Assembly (NCBI GenBank): GCA_043228905.1
Contig: JBHGNT010000022.1
Coordinates: 7,502,001 to 7,566,000, forward strand
Reading direction: 5' to 3'
DNA from: Azolla caroliniana
Taxonomy: Eukaryota; Plantae; Polypodiophyta
Length of the DNA: 64,000 bases
Shown here: in pieces, positions 25,019 to 38,263 of the stretch
Layout of the letters: each line of letters starts with the position of its first letter
Numbering within the stretch: position 1 is the stretch's first letter
Position numbers and translations under genes: made by a program
The notes under the pieces: model-generated
Databases searched by the model: none
The model's input: only the letters and a program-made list of their open reading frames with translations
Told to the model about the DNA's origin: nothing

Positions 25019-26578
25019 AGGGGGAGTTTGTTGGGATTACGGTCCCTCCGGATGGGATGATCGGATGTCCGGGAATCGGATGATGAATACCCCGGCTACG
25101 GAGCCGGATGATGAAGACCCCTGGTTACGGAGCCGGATGCTGAAGACCCCGGCTACGGAGCCGGATGCTGAAGACCCCGGTTACGGAGCCGGATGCTGAA
25201 GACCCCGGTTATGGAGCCGGATGACGAATGTACCCGGAGAGAGATCCGGATGCGGGGACATATTTGTGAATATGTTTGCCAAGAGCCCTTGAGGCTATAT
25301 TTGTAAATAGCCTGAAAGTCATATGTGTATAAATATGACTTAGGGCAAACAGTTTAAGGGTTGTTGCTCTTTTTTTTTTTTTTTTTCTACTTAGAGGGAG
25401 CGAAGTGAGAGCAGCCGTGAGAGCGAGAGAGAGAGAGAGAGAGACGAAGAGGTCGTTGCCTCTGTGTATTACCGCCGCCTGTGGTGAAGACAGTGAGCTC
25501 AAGGTTGTTGCCTTGTAGCTTCACCTGTGTACATCTCTGTTTATAGTGATAGTTGGAGTTTGAGGACTCCCGTGGTTTTTCCCATTTAGGGTTTTCCACG
25601 TAAAACATCCAGTGTACCTTTCTCTCTGTTTTCTTTGTTTTTTTTTTTTTTCCTATTTTCTGGAGTTGATCCTATTCCTCGGTTGTGGCCGAGCACTGTG
25701 TGCAACAGAAGCGAAGGTTAGCGAAGTTAGCCACCACAGAGTGGGAGGATGAACCCCAACCCGCCCAACCAAACACGCGAACAACGCAGGAAGAGCAGGT
25801 GGAGCACACCAAGGAAGCAGCACCGGAGCTAGATGCCGAACAACGACGGGAAAGCCCCAGGCTGAAAAGGCGGAGGCTGGATAGGAAAGATGGGCGAGGA
25901 TTAGTTAAAGATGCACTCGCGGTTGCGGAGACAATGATCGTAGGCAACAGCTCCGCAGCTACGGAGCCCAACACCACCTTCGAAATATTTCGAGAACCAC
26001 GGCCGATCATTACGGCCTAGTCACAGCGAGGGAAAGTCGTATTGACAGCGGAAAGTGAGGTGTTGGCGTATCCGGATATCCCGGACACGGCCCATGAGTT
26101 CAACGCACTATTACAGTTCGGAACCTCTTTTGAACTCATGGAATTCTTGGCAATGCAACAGATAAAAGTCTCACAACGAATGGCCGAGGAGCACGCGGAG
26201 CGCCAAATGATTGAGCGCGCATTAACACAAACGACGGAAAGCAACGATGAGGACCAGTTAGCCAGAGTCGGCAGACAGAGGAATGCCGGTATACGCCGAA
26301 TGGGGATGGAACTACCCCCATTAAACGTGGCCCTTGTCGAAGTTCATAGGGAACTAGCAAAGGTCAGCATGGGCGCCAAGGAGATGGCCATTAAAAATAA
26401 AAATGTCTGGAAAAAGGTTAAACTGACCCAAGTTGAGCTGCAAAAAACCAATGAGCGCATCGCGGAGTTGGAAAATAATGTGACTACGACGCAACAGGCA
26501 ACTCCACCACCAAACAACACCGTCGAAGCCCTGAGGGAAGAGATTGAAGCTCAGGCCGCCATTGCCTCAAAAGCAAAA

Positions 26579-29500
26579 AACACCGGGACATTTGAAACAA
26601 GTAATATGTCGCATTTTGAGAACTGTCCATCAAAAAATGACACAAATTAGGGTGATTCACAAAAAGGGGTGCCGCATGCGTAAAGGAATTTTTAAAATGG
26701 ACCCAAAAATATATTGATTTTTAACATGTACGGAAATTTAAGTGTTCAAAAAAATGCCTAAATAATGGACATGCCAAACTTACAAATGAATGTCCAAAAT
26801 GACTAACCCCAATATTTATAGAAATTCTGAATCCAAATCTTGATGTGCAATACAATATTTATAGTTAACGTATCAGGACAATCATTTTTCAAGTTTATGT
26901 CATCATCTTCATACCCATTGGATGAACTAGTACGAGTTTATGAGGTCTCATCCTCATCATCAATGGCAACTAATGCATTGTGTTGATCCAATTGCAATCC
27001 AACCTCATCGAGTTTATGAGTCATGCTTCTTGTTTGTCTTTGTGTTGTGTCTGAAGCCACATTCCAGATCCTCTTTTAGTATCTTCATTGTGGTCTGTCA
27101 CAGATAACTTGTTTTGGTCAAAGATAAGTCATACACTAATATATAAACATTATCCAATGTAAGAGCAGATGTGCTTGATGCATCTTTCCTCCTCACTTTT
27201 TGGTTATAATATTTCATTATGTACTTTCCATTTACAAGATTAGATTATGTGAGAGAAGCTTTCTACCAAAATCATTAGAATCTAAAAAATGTCTTAAAGA
27301 TGTTTTCCATTTTTCTTAGATTCTCATAGTAAGCCTTTGATGTCGTACAGAAATCTGATTCATTCCATCTAGATTTGACGCAACACGTCGAATTTTACTC
27401 TATACATCTAGAATTGGATATAATGCATCAGATTCTTGTAAGTCTTGGAATTTTTTTAAAATTTTCCATTAAAAAAATACTCTTGCATTTTAATGCATTC
27501 CATTGAATTCTAGCTACATAGACTAAAATATGATACATTGCATGGATTTCCCAAAAATACATAAATAAATACAAATTGAAAAAATAAACCATTTTCCCAT
27601 AAATAAATAAATAAATAAACATTTTTTATATTACTCGTAAATAAATAAATAAAAATTGAAAAATTATATTTCAATGGAAATCCAATTCCGTGCATCAGAT
27701 TCAATTGAAAATCCAATTTCTCTTATTTTTTTGAAAATTTTCTTATTTTTTGAATTGTTTTTGAATTTGTTTTTATTTTTCCCATAAAAAAATAAATATG
27801 AATTGAAAAAATGGATTTTCAACGGAAATCCAATGCAATGCATTGGATTTTGGTTGAAAGTCCACTTTTACGTATTTTTTTCCAAATTTGCTTTTTTTTT
27901 TTTTGAATTTTTGAATTTTTTTGAATTTTTTCTATAAAAAATAAATAAATATTGAAAAAATAGATTTTGCATCAGATTTCTATTGAAAGTCCACTTTTTG
28001 CTATTTGTTACCAAATTTTCATATTTTAAAATATTTTGTATTTTTTTAAATTTTTTAAATTTTTTCCCATAAATAAATAAATAAAAATTGCAAAAAATGG
28101 GTTTTCAATAGAAATCCGATGCACTACATCGGATTTCTATTGAAAATCCATTTTGTCTTATTTGTTTCCAATTTTTCAGATATTTTGAATTTGTTTTTGT
28201 ATTTGTTTTGAATTGTTTTTGTTTTTATCATAAATAAATATATAGGAATTGAAAAAAATGGATTTTCAACGAAAATCCGATGCACTGCATCGGATTTCCA
28301 TTGAAAGTCCACTTTTTCTTGTTTGTTTACAAATTTTCTTATTTGTTTATATTTTTCTCTAAAAAAGTGTTAAAAATAAACAAATTGTGATTTTCTCCAT
28401 TTAAAATGATGTGTTTTCAACGGGAATCCGATGCAGTGCATCGGATTCCCGTTGAAAATAGATGATTTTCAATAGGATTTTCAATGGAAATCCGATGCAC
28501 TGCATCGGATTTCCGTTCAAAATCACTGAGTTTCAATAGAAATCCGATGCAGTGCATCGGATTTCCGTTGAAAGTCCAATATTTTTCTTATATTTTTTCA
28601 TAAAACATTAATTTGCAATTGAAATCTGACTCAATGGTTCAGATTTTGTTGAAAATGTAATATTTTTTTATTATCTCATTGTTTTATGAAAAACCTAAAA
28701 GAAATTTGGATTTTTAATTGAAATTCGATGTAGTGCATTAGATTTCAATTGGAAATCCACTTTTTAAATATATTTTTATTTATTTTTTGAAGACGTTTCA
28801 GAGTCTGAACATACTAACAATTCAACTTAGCGTATTGACGAAGCCAATGAGGACAATCCTGATGAAAGAGCTAATCCTGAGTAGACGGCTTTACCAGACT
28901 TATTATTCGATTGAATGGTTATGGCTTATTGTAAATTTTGAACAATATGAATTGTTAAATTTTGACGTAATATATAAGTTGAGCTTACTTATAATTTTCG
29001 TGTAACAATCATTGAACTTAGAAATTAAGTATACTTGTATGTGTACATGTTATCTAAATTCTCCTTTATCATTTGGGGTATATCTGAGATAAGTTTATAC
29101 TCTATCATTTACTCGTATGATTGGAATGTTATTGTAGACTAGTTTATTTATACATTGACAATGTCATGTATCACGTGTCAATGGAAATTTTCTCTTGACA
29201 TAGTAGTATCTCTTAATTGCAAGGTTCACAATTTGCTTTAAGATGTATTATATTTAAATATACACACATAATTAGAAGAAGTCACTTATTCAATGGGGCA
29301 TGCTTTTTAGAATATGCACAAGGACCCGTGTTACTATTATACTTGTGTTGACAAATACACCCCTGTCTAAGATTTGGACAGAAACATGGTAGATAGAATA
29401 TACGTCGGATGATTTTGTTGACGTGATATTAGTTAGTTCTTTTTTTCGTTATGTTTTCATAAACCACATACACATGCGTCGTGCCTTGTTGAAATTCTGC

Positions 29501-29582
29501 TTAAATAAGGCATTTTTTAACATCTCACTAAGATATGAAAAAGAGAATGCGACATATTACCTGTTTCAAATGACCCGGTGTT
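26579..29582 (-). mobile_element. Non-autonomous Sola-like DNA transposon, 3004 bp, 37-bp TIRs, 4-bp TSD AAAA
   Basis: TIR AACACCGGG(A/T)CATTTGAAACA(A/G)GTAATATGTCGCATT with 2 mismatches. Excision plus 4 bp restores the host ORF. Positions about 26940-27200 are an inverted homologue of the transposase 3' end at about 12740-13000. Confidence 0.92.
27665..28765. repeat. Array of about 10 palindromic 45-bp units separated by AT-rich spacers
   Basis: Consensus TTTCAAYRGAAATCCGATGCA-N-TGCATCGGATTTCYRTTGAAA. A perfect 22-1-22 copy lies at 28414-28458, and the first six units recur every 143-159 bp or so. Confidence 0.9.
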
Positions 29583-31384
29583 AAAACGGGTCGTACAACT
29601 AGCAGAATCAGAGATTGACCACCTATGCGCTGAACTTCGCCAGTCCTCAGACAGAGAAAAGGACATCTAGGCCAACAACCAAAAGGCAGTGAAGACCCTT
29701 GAAAAGAAACTCGCAGGAGAGACAGCACAGCACACCCGGACAAAAGAAGAAAACGCCCAATTACGGGAGGAAGCGAAAAAATCGGAAGCAGCAATCACGG
29801 GACTCCGGGCCTTATTAGAGAAAAAGAAAGCATGGTTCGATGAGCAGCTGGTGGGAGAACAGGAGAGACGGCATCAGCTCGAAGTCCGCCTGAAAAATGA
29901 AATGGGAAGACTGGAAGAACTACATGCGAAGGAATCCCAGCTTTGGGCAGGTATGCGGAGCACGTATGAGGAAGCGGCGGCAGTTAATCAGCAAGAAATT
30001 GCAAACCTCAAGAAATCAGTAGAAGAAGCACGTAACCATTGCCAAGCCATAACAGACAACGTGTGTATCCTTCTGCAAACAAATCGGGAGAGGTTTATGG
30101 CACAATTAAAAACGGCGCTAGACAAAGGTTGGATGGCGTGGGCTGCACAAGCGGTGGAATTACATACGTATCAAGCGGACTGGGAGAACCGGAGGAAAGA
30201 GGGCTGAGGCTTCTATAAAATCAATGAGGACAGCATTGCGGCAGTACGCGAGGACCTAGCGCAGGACTATCGCATGCTAGCGAACCAACATTCCGAAGGA
30301 CTCGTGCAGCTACTAGATGATTTTGGCGAAAGTCAGGAGGACTTGTTTCACCAGATCACGCAAGCCGGCGGGACACGAAGAAACAAGGAATCCATCGCGA
30401 CACCAAGTCCGGATACTGCCGAACAAGAGGAACCTCAGGCCATGTCACCAGAAATTACCACTATAGTAAACAGCATGAAACGGGGAGCGGAGTCCCCCGC
30501 AATACCAGACAGCGAAACCACCGCCCAAGTGGAACCCCATCCGCCGGAGCATACGCTTACGGCTGACCGCACAGAGAACATCCCGGACCAAGAGGAACCG
30601 CAAACCCACTCTCCAGAGCGTACAACAGCGGCCGACATCACGGGGGAAGTGACGGACGAAACAGAACTGCGACCTCCCGCAAGCCCGCGGACGTCGGAAC
30701 TAAACCCCCTAGCCCACGAAGAGCCCACGGAACCCGGCCCACCCACAAAGAACGACCTCGACACCATGAGCAACCCTCCAGACCAAGCAGGGGAACCATA
30801 CAACGACGCGACTACGGACCTTATGCCGTCCCCAGACACGGACACCGTAGCAGAACCAAACATCAGGGCCATTTTGGAGGAAGATTAAAGGGGTGGGTCC
30901 GACGTGCCATGGCACTGTCCCACAGGCGTGCCAGGTGTTGTCCGCCGGAATAGTAACCGACGGACAAGAGCGCAGTAGTATGGAATAGAAGAATAGTGTA
31001 ATGCATGTAACGGTTCACGCGGGAAGCGTGAACGGCTAAAAGACCCTGCGTATATAAAGGGCAGAAAACCTCTGATAGAGGTAGCGTGTAATTTTGAATG
31101 TAAGAGGCATATCGTAATAGAGTTCTATCTTCTCTGATATCTGTGTGTAGCTGCGGTTAATCTACTGTGTGTCTGTAAGTCTTAAGAGCGTAGGAGTAAG
31201 TAACAGTGTGTGCGCTAGCCCACTATCTAAGGAGCTCGGTTGTAGTCGTCTCCCTTATACGTTGCTAGGTTACGGGAAGTATCCCACTAAGTATTACGCA
31301 CAGACACTACCATTCGTTGTCACACAACTATTTGGAGGTCTAGGTCGAAGGACTGACCATAGACCGTGTTCCTAATCAGTAACA

Positions 31385-31867
31385 CTTAGGTCTTGTTTTG
31401 TGTTGAAGGCTCTTGTCGGCAGCAGAGGATGTTCCAACCCTTGCGCTCTGATATCATGAAAGAATTATTGTGCAGAAGCTAAACGCATATCACAATCGGC
31501 TCACCTGTATCGCAACGGAAAACACAAAGAATGGAATAAGCAGATTAGGTGAGAGAGAGAGAGAGAGAGTGCAAAAAACTACAATTTCAAATAATGAACA
31601 CTCGTTACATACAATGTGCATTGTGAGCACTTCTATACAAGTCCTTAAAGGACTGACAAAAGTACTAACAAGTACTTCAATGCTCCTACCAAATGACTAA
31701 CACTAACTCCTAAGAAGATGCCTATGTACTATGTTAGAATCGTAGGCCTCTAATGCCCTACCGGTTACACTCAGATCCAGACACCAATCCGGCTCTCTGT
31801 CCCAAACACCGATTCAGCTCTCCGTCTAGAAACCGATATGGATCATGTTGAGCTTGCTCACTCAACA
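31385..31867 (-). mobile_element. Leader, degenerate PBS (31445-31456) and 5' LTR (31457-31867) of the copia whose gag is at 13021-14824
   Basis: GCTCTGATATCA followed by TG...CTCAACA. The LTR resembles those at 53603 and 63663. Confidence 0.8.
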
Positions 31868-32741
31868 ATCATGTGTAACGAAATGGAGGGTGTAGGTGTT
31901 CTTGTGCAACAGAAGAAAATTGTATCTATGTGTGTGTATGTTCAAGACAACATAGAGAGAGAGAGAGAGAGCTTAGGGAGACAAAGAACAAGAAGCTATA
32001 ATAGAAAATATGAAATATACGTCCAATAGTAACTTAGTTACAAAAGGGTTGGTTTAAATACCAACTAGCATAGGGCATCTTCCCTTTCTACTATTTACAA
32101 GAGTAGCCTGAACCTAGAGCATCTGTTGCTAGTGTGAAAGCCATTGTATTAAAGAAGTTTAGTTTGATTCTCAACACACCCCTTCAAACACAACTTCCGG
32201 TCGCTGGAAAGTCATCTTGCTGTTTGGTTCGTTTTGGCTTTCTAAATTCCTCAACTCTATGCCTGGATGGTCGATCGAACTATCTTCTACTATTCTCCTT
32301 TGTCTTCGACTCCCCTTTGGTCGGTTATGTTGTTGCTTCAACTACTTCTTTGGTCATCTTTGATCAACTGATCAGTTGCTCGATTGCTACAGTGTGCGCA
32401 TCAATTGTTGTACTCCCCCTTAAGCTTGGCAATACGTCTATCATTAAGCCAAGGTCCGTCATGAATTGCCTGAACTTGTCGACTCCTAAGGTTTTGGTGA
32501 TGGTGTCGGCTACCTGAAGATTCGTGTTTAAGTGTTGACTCGGATAAAGTGGTAGTGCCCTTCGATATGCTTCGTATGCGCATGGAACACCTAGTTCCGA
32601 GCCAGATGAATATTGCTCATGTTGTCGTAGTAAGGAGAATCTGATCCTTCATGGGAACGCCCACATCCTTCAATATTCTTTTCAGCCAAACACCTTCACA
32701 TGTTGCGATGGTTGCGCCCCTATACTCGGCTTCTGTGCTTG

Positions 32742-32950
32742 ACCATAGTATGTAATATACTCAAATGCACTGGCAAACATTCTTTTTCATAAAAATGCAA
32801 ATGAATGCGTATGCGATTTATTTTTTACACTTTTTACCTTAACTCTCTTACCTTAAAAAAAATTACCTTATAATAAATAATGAATAAAAAATTATGGTAT
32901 TTACCACACTTTGAGGGTGTTTACCATACTGGAATGATTGAAACATTCTC
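32742..32950. repeat. About 200-bp AT-rich dispersed repeat (MITE-like) inside the copia RNase H; inverted relative at about 39429-39635
   Basis: CCATAGTATGTAATATACTC..ATGCA..GCAAACATTCTTTTTCATA and GGTATTTACCA.ACTT.GAGGGTGTTTAC are shared in reverse complement. Confidence 0.65.
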
Positions 32951-35858
32951 GAAACCGTTGCCAAGGGAGAAGACGAATCCCGATTTTGATCATCTGTCGG
33001 CCTTGTAGTCGGCCCAGTCTGCATGTGTGTACCCTTCGAGTCAAACGATCGTGTCTGACTTATACAAGATGTCTTAATCCATCGTCCCATTAACGTACCT
33101 GAGTACTCTCTTAGCGCAATCCAGATGAATATCCCGAGGTTTCTGCATGAATTGGCTAAGTAGACCGACCGGATAGTTGAGGTCGGGTCGAGTGATGGTG
33201 AGATAGATTAAGCTACTGGCTAGTTGACGATGCTGAGTCGTCTCACACTCTTCTGTTCTTGAGTTAGCATTGAGCTTGAGGTTTTGATCAAGAGGGGTTG
33301 ACACAAGTTTGCACTCTGCCATCCCAAACTTGTATAGCAAGTTGAGGATGTAGTGTCGTTGGGAGATCATGATCCCAACTGGTGTTTGAATTACTTCTAT
33401 GCCAAGGAAGTAATGGACCTCCTGCATGTCTTTCATTTCGAATCTGCTGGATAGGAGGGATTTGACCTTGTTGACGTCAGCTAGATTCTTTCATCTGATG
33501 ACCAGATCATCCACATACAAGATGATGACGATTGGGGTATCAAACTCTCTTCGTACTTAGAGGGAGTTCTCCTATTTTGACATTCAGAAGTTGATTTGAT
33601 GAAGATACTGAGTAATCTTTGAGTGCTAAGCACATGGTGCTTGCTTGACGCCATACAATGGCTTCTTGAGTCGGCAGAATGTGGTGGGATGGTTGGTCGA
33701 TACGAAACCAAGTGGTTGAATCATGAACACCACCTCTTCTAATTCTCCTTGAAGAAAGGTGTTCTTCACATCCATTTGATGGAGGTGCCAACCCCTAGCA
33801 ATTGTGAGTGCAATGACTATCCGAACAATTGTCATCTTTGCCAAGAGGGAAAAGGTCTCCTCATAATTGACTCTGTATGTTTGACCATAGCCTTTTGCTA
33901 CAAGTGACTCTGTAGCAGTTTACCAAGCCATTGGCATTATAGTTTACCTTGTACATCCACCTACAGCCGATCACTTTCTTGTGTGGTGAGTGGGGAACGA
34001 GATCACATGTCTCATTATTGTATAGAGCCTACATCTCATCGTTCATGGCTTTGGCCCATTGTGGATCCTTGGTTGCCTCGGAAAAATTTCCCGGTTCTCG
34101 AACTATCTCCACCTTCATCATAAAGGCATAGTGATATGCCATGTAGTCATCACAGCCGAATCGACTGGCCGGGTTTTTCTCTCGGGTGGAGCGGCGGAAT
34201 TTCTCGTTGACAATAGCTATGGCTTTCTTTACTCATTCGTCCACATAATCAGAGCATCAAGGCCTTTGAACTCACTATCAAGTGAGTGAGTCAATTCATT
34301 GTTTTCTAGATCTTCGTACTCCGGCATTTTGGTTTTCCCTTTGTCCATCTTCGGACTCGGTTGACATGTGCTTCGATCACTTGGAGGCTCTTGAGGTCCA
34401 CTCAACCTAGTCAAGGTTGGACTTTCTTCTAATGCATGCCTTAGTTTATCATCCTCTTTTGTCTCGTGGTCAGCCAAAATAGGTTCGGGCGGAGTTGGCT
34501 CTGGTTCATATCATGATGTTGATTCGTCGAAAATAACGTCCCGAATTACTCAAACTTTTCGGGTAGATGGATTATAACACTTGTACCCCTTTTGTTCAAG
34601 TGAGTAACCTATGAGGATACATTTCTCCGACTTAGGATCGAGCTTTTGTCGCTTTTCATCCAAAATATGTACATAAGCAGTTGAGCCGAATATCCTGACG
34701 TGGGATAAATGCGGCTTCTTCCTGAAGAACTTCTCATGGGGTGTGACATCATGCACTCTCGATGTTGTGCATCGATTCATGAGGTAGATGTTGGTGTTTG
34801 TCACTTCTACCCAATACGATTTAGGTAGGTTCTTTTCGTTCATCATTGCCTTGGCTACCTCTAATATGTGTTGATTCTTGTGTTCGGCTACTCCATTCTA
34901 TTGAGGTGTGTGTTGACAGGTAAACTCCCACCGAATCCCTTCTTGTTGAAGGTATATTATGAAGGGATCGGAGAAGTATTCTTTACCTCCATCTAACCGA
35001 TGACATCGAACATGCCGACCGGTTGTCTTTTCGACTTTCACTTTTAAATTTTTGGAAGTGTGAGAACATTTCACTCTTTTGCCACATAGGATGAATCCAA
35101 GTGTACCTAGAAAAGTCTTCGATGAATGTGACGTAGTATCGACATCCACCAAATGTGGCTATTTGAGTTGGCCCCCATATATCTGAATGTATTATATCCA
35201 CGATTCCTCTGCTTATGTTCCTCTCTTCTTTTGTGTCACACTTCCAACGCAGTGTCGACTTTGAGGCCTTTCGCAAACATAATCGACTCCACCTCATTCA
35301 AGTCGAGGATGAACATTTGACCTTCTCTTCGGTCTCAAGCAACAAGTCGACCGTATTTTTCAATAAAGCACCCTTCCTGATTGAACCATACTTGCATGCC
35401 TTGTTCTACCATCTGACCGACTGAGACAAGATTTTTTGTGATGGTTGGGACATGCAAGACATTCTTGATGTAGGTTTGATTTTCGTCATTCTCAAATGGG
35501 ACATTTTCGACATGTTGAATAAGGTGAATTGTGTCATCCTTAGTTTCAATGTAGTTAGGTGGTCGATTGGTCTTTCGCAACTCTTGGAACCAATCTTCGT
35601 GAGACATCATGTGATTGGATGCTCTAGAGCTAACAAACCATACATTGTCAGAAGTAGAGGTGTTGGTCGGACTTTGTGCCGACATTGAGTGTGCTTTATG
35701 TCTCATTATGAACATTCCGCCATGGTCATCATAGTCAGAATTTGTGGCATAGTTCGTGAGTTATCGGCTAGTCGAAGCTGACTCTCGTTTCCTCTTTCAA
35801 TTGTCCTCTTCATAGTGGCTGAGTTTTCCATAGTACCCGCATTCGATCAGGCTATTTT

Positions 35859-37811
35859 TGTCACAGACACACCAAGCGCGGACTAGGACGGAGCACAGAT
35901 GATGGGGCTACGAGCAACGGATGAACTTGGAGCTAGATGTGATGAGGCTAGGAACTCTAGATGTTGTGAGTGACATGAGGGCATGAAGATAGAAATAAAG
36001 ATCAAGGACACAAAGATGAGGCGAAACGAGAATACTAAATTGATGTGTCAATGACAGGTGTTGAATCCCTTGAAAGAGACCAAGGAGGTTACAAGTATTT
36101 ATATTGTGAGTTGAAGTAAATGCATTAGAATATTTTTTAGAATATTTTGAAGAATATTCTAGAACCCTCTAGAACCTTATAGTTCTAGAACTTTCTAAAA
36201 ACTCCTAAAACGTGAATAGATCATCTATGACGATATACATAACACGATTATGTACTTGGATGTGTTGGTTACAATATAACACTTAACTATAATACAAGAG
36301 GTCAAGAGTTTTAATCTTGACATAATTGTTGTCATGTCTATGACATTATCCTCCCCTTTACGACCGCCTTTTCGAAAGCACGGTGTAGGGGTGAACGGGA
36401 AGTGGTGGGTGTGAGAAACCATGTGTTTTCCTCACTGGAAACACGAACACCAACGGGCATGAGAGACCATGTCGGTCCTCACCGAGAGTTGGAACACAAA
36501 CACCAACGGGAGCGAGCGACCATGTGCGGTCCTCACCGGAGACTGGAACACGAATACCAATGGTCATGAGTGACCATGTGTGGTCCTCACAAGGAACTAG
36601 AACTAGAACACGAACGATCGTGAGTGATCATGTGGTTCTCACTAGCAACTGGAACACGAACAAGAGTGAGCGACCATGCGGTCCTCACCAAAAACTGGAA
36701 CATGAACGGGCGTGAATGACCATGTGGCCCTCACCAAGAACTGGAAAACGAACGGACGTGGGGGACCATGCGGCCCTCACCGAGAACTGGAACAACAACG
36801 GGCGACAGAGTGCAAGTGAAGCGGTCGGCTCGACATCTTCTATTATGAGAGGGTAAATAGTCGAGGTTGACCCTAGACACGGCACAAACGGTAGTGCTAG
36901 TGAGAAACCCACACGATACCCACCAAGAAAGTGAGCAGTTGTGACCCCCACCAAAACTAGAAGGTGAGCAATCGAAATCGGTCCTCGCCAATAGAAAGTG
37001 GCGTGAGACTTGAACTATAACGAAAATGCAGTACAAGCAAGCAATGATCTGATCCCCACCAGGAAAGTGAGTGGTTGTGACCCCCACCGGAACTGGGAAG
37101 GTGTGCGATCGAAAGCACTCCTCACCAAAACCGTGTGCAAAATGATACCTAAAAATGATGACAAGTAGTGTTGATGACGACAATGGTTGGGCAAAGATGT
37201 GCTGAAAATAATAACGTCAAAGACAAGGATGTTGATGACGGTAACTCCAGAAGCAAGGATGGTGATGATGGTAACTCTAGAAGCAAAGGCGATGACGAAG
37301 ACGGTTTGTGCTTCCAGTTGGAAGGGATTCAAATTGTCACGGACACACCAAGAGCGGACTAGGACGAAGCATAGATGATGGGGCTACGAGCGACGGATGA
37401 ACTTGGAGCTAGATTTCATGAGGCTAGGAACTTTAGATGTTGTGAGCGACATGACAGCATGAAGACAGAAATAAAGATCAAGGACACAAAGATGAGGCGA
37501 AACGAGAATACTAAATTGATGTGTCAATGACTGGTGTTGAATCCATTGAAAGGGACCAAGGAGGTTACAAGTATTTAAACTGTGAGTTAAAGTACATATT
37601 TTTGAGAATATTTTGAAGAATATTCTAGAACCCTCTAGAACCTTATAGTTCTAGAACTTTCTAAAAACTCCTAAAACGTGAATAGATCATCTATGAAAAT
37701 ATACATAACACGATTATGTACTTGGATGTGCTAGTTACAATATAACACTTGACTATAATACAAGAGGTCAAGAGTTCAAATCTTAACATAATTGTTGTCA
37801 TGTCTGTGATA
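35859..37811 (-). mobile_element. Non-autonomous TRIM-like LTR element; LTRs 35859-36345 and 37335-37811; TSD ATTTT; non-coding repetitive interior
   Basis: Termini TGTCA...TGACA/TGATA. Minus-strand PPT at about 36350-36360. The PBS position is complementary to its own LTR. Confidence 0.92.
36410..36800. repeat. Degenerate tandem repeat of about 50-60 bp, about 7 copies
   Basis: Recurrent GACCATG(T)G(C)GGTCCTCACC..A.CTGGAACACGAA. Confidence 0.85.
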
Positions 37812-38214
37812 ATTTTGGCGACTTGGTTTGACATGAACTCCCTTTCTGTCAAACTCCCTTTAGGTGTGTTCATAGCCTCTAGTCAATAGTGACACTTGTG
37901 CTCGCAGGTCCAAGTCGGTGGGCCATGTCGACCTCGTCCAACTCAGCCTTTGTTTCCCCGGCCGAATCCTCTTCCCTCGTCCGACTAGGAGTAGAGCATC
38001 TAACCATCTAGCACATTGCTTCTTGATCGTATCGATTTTCTTTTACCAACAATATCGACTGAAGGTCAAAAAAGGAGGGGGGATTTGATACCAACAGTTG
38101 AGTGAGTTTTTATCAGACAACCACGCGCTTTGATACCATGTAACGAAATGGATGGTGTAGGTGTTCTTGTGCAGTAGAAGAAAATTGTGTCGATGTGTGT
38201 GTATGTTCAAGACA

Positions 38215-38263
<49 letters not shown>

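Larger units (their letters stand above)
20240..25707 (+). mobile_element. Full-length young Ty1/copia (Tnt1/Tork-like); LTRs 20240-20913 and 25029-25707; TSD GAAGC
   Basis: TGTTG...CAACA LTRs differ by a few substitutions and short indels. PBS TGGTATCAGAG at 20917-20927 (tRNA-iMet), PPT GAAGGGGGAG at 25017-25026, and a perfect 5-bp TSD. Confidence 0.98.
19819..30888 (+). pseudogene. Extra 3' ORF of the gypsy element (Pro/Ser-rich start, long coiled coil, acidic Pro/Thr tail) in three pieces: 19819-20239, 25713-26578, 29587-30888
   Basis: The second and third pieces rejoin in frame across the DNA transposon (…ASKAKRVVQLAESE…KTLEKKL). Several stops are present and no domain is recognised. Confidence 0.65.
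14851..31384 (+). mobile_element. Non-chromovirus (Athila/Tat-like) Ty3/gypsy element, rearranged; about 450-bp terminal direct repeats 14851-15305 and about 30935-31384; hosts three younger insertions and an RPL6 copy
   Basis: Outer termini TGTTA...TAACA, imperfect TSD (CTAGG / CTTAG), and the block splits the leader of a copia element. RNase H-integrase at 17506-19650. Purine tract at about 30887-30897. The start of the right LTR is ambiguous. Confidence 0.75.

Noticed and set aside
27665-28765. CRISPR array
   Set aside because: The context is eukaryotic with no cas genes, and the spacers are variable-length, low-complexity and similar to one another. Kept as a palindrome array.
26581-29580. 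Chapaev/CACTA-type CAC...GTG termini for the DNA transposon
   Set aside because: Those ends give mismatched flanks (AAAA/TTAA). Ends AAC...GTT give a perfect AAAA TSD and restore the host frame.
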